Source: Eledone cirrhosa (taxonomy: Eukaryota). From it: DNA of 64,000 bases. Positions 58,520-64,000 of this stretch are shown here, piece after piece. The stretch's first letter is position 1, and the number at the start of each line of letters is the position of its first letter. The notes under the pieces were generated by a model, which worked only from the letters and a program-made list of their open reading frames with translations, was not told the DNA's origin and made no database searches. A program made the translations under genes and the position numbers. Location of the stretch: assembly GCA_964016885.1 (NCBI GenBank), contig OZ024753.1, positions 32,922,001-32,986,000 of the forward strand, written 5' to 3'.

Positions 58520-58995
58520 TTTATTTAGAGAGGGGGGGAGAGAAAAGGATGAAAAGGGAAGGAGATGAGAGGGAGAGATGGGTGATAGAGAGAAAGAGAT
58601 AGTTTTTATAACAGAGAGGAGATATATTTTATATAGAGGGGTTGAAAACCGTTGGAAGATACTGTATAAATTAAAAATTTTGAAAATTAACGAAGGGAGG
58701 ATATGTGCGAGGAAAAAATATATTATATTTAGGGAGGGGTGGGGGTGGAAAGGATGAAAAAAAGGGGAGGAGATGAGAGTGAAGGTGGAAAGAGAGAGAT
58801 GGGTGATAGAGAGAAAGAGATAGTTTTTATAACTGAGAAAAAGATATAATGTTTTAATATAGAGAGGTTGGGAACCGTTGGAAGATAATGTATAAATTAA
58901 AGGAATTTGAAAATTAACGAAGGGAAATTATGTATGGAGATAGAGAGAAAAAAATAACGAAGGGAGATTATGTATGGAGATAGAGAGAAAAAAAA
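58520..58995. repeat. Purine-rich duplicated segment (~200 bp x2) followed by a ~37-bp x2 repeat
   Basis: gagatgggtgatagagagaaagagatagtttttataac...ccgttggaagata...aaattaacgaaggga occurs at ~58575 and ~58796. aacgaaggga(a/g)attatgtatggagatagagagaaaaaaa occurs twice. Confidence 0.85.
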
Positions 58996-59210
58996 AAAAA
59001 TAATAATTGTGGGTGAATATTCAAAAGGAGAAATGTAGGAATTTTAAAATTAGCAAAGAGAAAAAGTTTATGTATAGGATTTGAGAAAAATAATGTGAAG
59101 TTAGAGTTTTTATATTGAATTCATATGTATTAATAATGAGTTCGTTGATGGGGAGAAAAAAATAATAATAAATTAAGGATGAAATTGAGATTAAAAAGAT
59201 TTATGATAGA

Positions 59211-59410
59211 NNNNNNNNNNNNNNNNNNNNNNNNNNNNNNNNNNNNNNNNNNNNNNNNNNNNNNNNNNNNNNNNNNNNNNNNNNNNNNNNNNNNNNNNNN
59301 NNNNNNNNNNNNNNNNNNNNNNNNNNNNNNNNNNNNNNNNNNNNNNNNNNNNNNNNNNNNNNNNNNNNNNNNNNNNNNNNNNNNNNNNNNNNNNNNNNNN
59401 NNNNNNNNNN
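59211..59410. other. Assembly gap (200 N)
   Basis: Run of N. Confidence 1.
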
Positions 59411-59455
59411 TATATATATATACATATATATATATATATACATATTATATATACA

Positions 59456-59489
<34 letters not shown>

Positions 59490-59504
59490 CATATATATAT
59501 ATAC

Positions 59505-59615
<111 letters not shown>

Positions 59616-59634
59616 CATATATATATATACATAA

Positions 59635-59747
<113 letters not shown>

Positions 59748-59822
59748 CATATATATATACATATATATACATATATATAATATATATACATATATATACA
59801 TATATATATACATATATATACA

Positions 59823-59856
<34 letters not shown>

Positions 59857-59862
59857 CATACA

Positions 59863-59894
<32 letters not shown>

Positions 59895-59957
59895 CATACA
59901 TATATATATATATACATACATACATATATATATATACATACATACATATATATATAC

Positions 59958-59990
<33 letters not shown>

Positions 59991-59993
59991 CAC

Positions 59994-60024
<31 letters not shown>

Positions 60025-60082
60025 CATATAAATATATATATACATATAAATATATATATACATATATATATTATACATATAA

Positions 60083-60133
<51 letters not shown>

Positions 60134-60178
60134 CATATATATATATACATATATATATATATACATATATATATATAC

Positions 60179-60209
<31 letters not shown>

Positions 60210-60234
60210 CATATATACATATATATATATATAC

Positions 60235-60265
<31 letters not shown>

Positions 60266-60348
60266 CATATATATATACATATATATACATATACATATAT
60301 ATATACATATTTATATACATATACATATATATATACATATATATATAC

Positions 60349-60383
<35 letters not shown>

Positions 60384-60430
60384 CATATATTTATATACAT
60401 ATATATACATATATATACATATATATATAC

Positions 60431-60499
<69 letters not shown>

Positions 60500-60502
<3 letters not shown>

Positions 60503-60900
60503 TAAGAGAGTAAAACAAAGAATCCTTAATACATCAAAAGTTTTTATTAACCGACAATGTTTCGTCTATTAAGGACTCATCAGGGCAATCAAAACAACAA
60601 GAGGTAATTTCGGCAGATACAAGCCAGAAACTCTGAAGAATATGGAGTTTACATACACTAATGTCTTACAAAGATATACGATAATAAAAATGAAGATAAA
60701 AATAATAAAATTATAAAAACTAAGGATGTAGATAACATTCAGAACCATATTACAAATATAGTCTAAAGTCACCAACTTAAATCGAAACAAATTTGGTTAT
60801 ATAGAGCAGGAATTATATATAACACAGTATAATACATTATAATAATACTATATCTATACCAACATTAAAATTCCAAATTAAAAATCAAAAGGTACAATAT
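60500..60900 (-). mobile_element. Probable Penelope-like 3' end/pLTR fragment between (TA)n arrays
   Basis: Carries the hammerhead, AATAAA and a T-rich tail running into (TA)n. No coding part recognised. Confidence 0.55.
60546..60590 (-). ncRNA. Canonical minimal type I hammerhead ribozyme (Penelope pLTR-type)
   Basis: Minus strand reads gattgcc CTGATGA GTC cttaata GAC GAAA C att G TC ggttAATAAA. It has the full core, a 3-bp stem II, a minimal stem III and a GUC cleavage triplet, followed by a poly(A) signal. Confidence 0.85.
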
Positions 60901-60916
60901 ATACATGTATATATGT

Positions 60917-60950
<34 letters not shown>

Positions 60951-61174
60951 TACAATACACATATCTATTTTCTATTACACAGAAATTAAGCCCTGTACAT
61001 ATACATATATATACATATATATATATATACATATATATATATACATATACATATATATACATATACATATATATATATACATATACATATACATATACAT
61101 ATATATACATATACATATATACATATACATATATATACATATACATATATATATATACATATACATATATATAC

Positions 61175-61221
<47 letters not shown>

Positions 61222-61286
61222 CATATACATATATATATATATACATATATATATATACATATACATATACATATATATACATATAC

Positions 61287-61317
<31 letters not shown>

Positions 61318-61394
61318 CATATACATATACATATATATACATATATATATATATACATATACATATATATACATATATATATATATACATATAC

Positions 61395-61425
<31 letters not shown>

Positions 61426-61606
61426 CATATATATATATACATATACATATATATACATATACATATATATACATATACATATACATATACATACATATAT
61501 ATATATATACATATATATACATATATATATATATACATATATATATACATATATATATATATACATATATATACATATATATATATATACATATACATAC
61601 ATATAC

Positions 61607-61640
<34 letters not shown>

Positions 61641-61666
61641 ATATATACATATACATATATATATAC

Positions 61667-61699
<33 letters not shown>

Positions 61700-61712
61700 C
61701 ATATACATATAC

Positions 61713-61757
<45 letters not shown>

Positions 61758-61766
61758 CATATATAT

Positions 61767-61797
<31 letters not shown>

Positions 61798-61896
61798 TAC
61801 ATATTTATAAATATATATATATATACATATATATATACATATACATATACATATACATATATATATACATATATATATATATACATATACATATAC

Positions 61897-61931
<35 letters not shown>

Positions 61932-62176
61932 CATATATATATACATATATATATACATATATATATACATATATATATACATATACATATATATATACAA
62001 ACATACATTTAAATGAAAATCATAAATGAAATAGATTACTGAATACATCTTATTGAATATATTGTGCTTAACACAGGGGTTAATTCAATCGACGAAACCC
62101 ATGCTGCTAACAAAAGATTCTTTAGCCAAGCAATTCCTTATGAACAAAATTATTATATTATTAGAGGTTTCCGGCC

Positions 62177-62207
<31 letters not shown>

Positions 62208-63067
62208 TCACCATCAAGAGTGTTCATGCATATCTAACGATTCATTGATTGTTTTGCCCGAGATAAGACTACTAGACACGACCAATTTGAAATATCCTTT
62301 AGAAATTCGTTTCATAAGCACAAGTAAACTGTGGAAAGAAACGTGAGCTGAAATAATAGCTGGTTTTCGTTCTTTAGTATTCTGAGAAAAACATTTCATA
62401 AGATCTTAATAGCATAAAACAGACTAACCTTTATAGATCATAAAAGGTTATGTTGGAGTAATGGGGAAAGGGAACTCTAGCTTTGAAAGAAAACAATTTT
62501 TCTCTAATTCTCTAATTTTCGCTAAGATAACGAAGGAGAAAGAAAAACCATGTATTGTGAATTGAAAATGATTTCCTTAATATATTACTGTTTATTTGAA
62601 TTATTCCATGAACGTGAATAGGTTTTATTCAGAGATGCCAAAAAAAATCTTACTAGTACATAGTAAGTAGTACATAGAAAAATACGCTTACTTTTCAGGG
62701 TGGCACAGAATATACGTCATATTATTTCACTCGGCACATTTCATACACCACCCGGTCATAGAATCCTAGACCTCTCTTCCACACTCGGTACGTTCAAAAT
62801 TGGACAAATAAATAAATGTATACTAAATAAACACTAATTACATATAAATGAAAAACCTCTATGTAAGTTGTACTTTATTGCATTATTGTACGGTGTTTCA
62901 TTTCTCATACAAATCTCACGGTTTCGCCATTAAGCTGAATTGAACATTTTAGGAATCCCTGATCTAAACACTATTACACGTGTAAAATGAGCTGTATATA
63001 TTTATATAGAGAGGGTGCGGTGGGGGCAGAGGGAGAGAAAGGGGCAAGGGGAGATAGATAGATATAT

Positions 63068-63592
63068 TTCTTTATTTACCATAAAGGCATAAAAAGAAGG
63101 GACAAATACAAAGGGGGAGTTTACATACAATCGAGTAAAAAGGGTATAGAATGAAAATAATAGAAAACAACCTCAAAAGGAAGGGGACGTGATGGGGGTT
63201 GCACACACACCCGAAAAAGTGTGCAATCCTTTGCCCGGAGAGCACATGGAGAAGGTGCTCCCCTCTCCTTCACTTCTTTACCTACAGGATGGTATACAGA
63301 GAAGGCCCATTTACACGAGCCATTCTCGCCACTATCACCCACCTTTCATAAAACTACCTGTGGCCAAGCACCTCTCTCTCCATTCTTATCCTTCTTCCGA
63401 AGTGATATCGGAAGAAGTAGACCAGACTATGGTCAGAGAGGAAGTTGCCTGACCTCAGACCTTTCAATCGTGTCCACCAAACAACCTCTTTCAACATGGC
63501 TATTACGCACAGAAAAACCGCCTTTGCTTCCTTTGTGAAGAGGGGAGGCGGTTTGATTGTCATCACGGACTTGGCGGTCAATCGAATCGGCT
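63068..63592 (-). mobile_element. L1/Tx1-clade LINE 3' fragment with 19-bp target-site duplication
   Basis: ORF2-like C-terminus AMLKEVVWWTR...FFRYHF..RIR.ER.VL..*FYERW has a premature stop, followed by a T-rich 3' UTR ending in AATAAA. TSD GGGAGATAGATAGATATAT at 63049-63067 and 63593-63611. Confidence 0.75.
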
Positions 63593-63897
63593 GGGAGATA
63601 GATAGATATATAGATAGGCATTCAGACACAGAGATACACAGATGGATTAATGAACTGCTATAATTTTTTTATTTAATTTCCATTTCTATTTCATAATATA
63701 TTTGAATTTCAATTTTGTCCAATTCAAGATTATTAACAACAAGATAACTTATAATTAACTAATTATATTGACGGTTATTCTTCATGTGAAATTAATTAAT
63801 TATTTGACTAATTATACTATTTATTTCCGTTCTTAATTAATTCAAAAATCTGCCATCCGTGTTCAGAAAACAGTAACATTTTATAACTATAAATAAT

Positions 63898-64000
63898 TGT
63901 TTCTACTTTTGGCACAAGGCCAACAATTATCCCAGTGTATTACTTGTACTTTATTTTATCTACCCCGTAAGGATGAAAGGCAAAGTTAACCTCAGCGGGA
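63898..64000 (-). mobile_element. SINE family A, 3' part (runs off window)
   Basis: aataat|tgtttctacttttggcacaaggcc...ggatgaaaggcaaagttaacctc. Confidence 0.9.

Overview
AT-rich eukaryotic DNA, most likely from an octopus/cephalopod; this is inferred from the SINE types and the extreme (TA)n content. It looks intronic or intergenic, and no host gene is securely identified: there are only weak minus-strand exon candidates (20716-20792, 12961-13006) and an AG|GT recursive-splice-like site (~784). Nearly all long ORFs in the track (IYIY...) are microsatellite artefacts. The real content is mobile DNA. (1) A young CR1-group LINE (51437-55410, minus) has an intact APE+RT ORF2 and a 5'-truncated ORF1 carrying a Myb/SANT-like (trihelix-type) domain plus a CCCH finger. 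ORF2 has no ATG before its first endonuclease motif, but a U_UUU_UUA slippery site leads from ORF1 into the ORF2 frame, and the LINE 3' tail is shared with local SINEs. (2) A second, decayed Myb/SANT-like ORF lies ~0.5 kb upstream of the LINE and is missed by the ORF track. (3) A Naiad-type Penelope fragment carries a GIY-YIG domain, an inverted pseudo-LTR and a hammerhead variant; a canonical minimal hammerhead ribozyme sits at 60546-60590. (4) There are RTE, Tx1/L1, CRE-like and Chapaev3 remnants, and a fold-back element with 188-bp arms. (5) Many tRNA-derived SINEs are present, including a recently active family whose target-site duplications all carry ATTAT. A ~19-kb (TA)n-derived satellite field (43.3-62 kb, with a 200-N gap) hosts several of these insertions.
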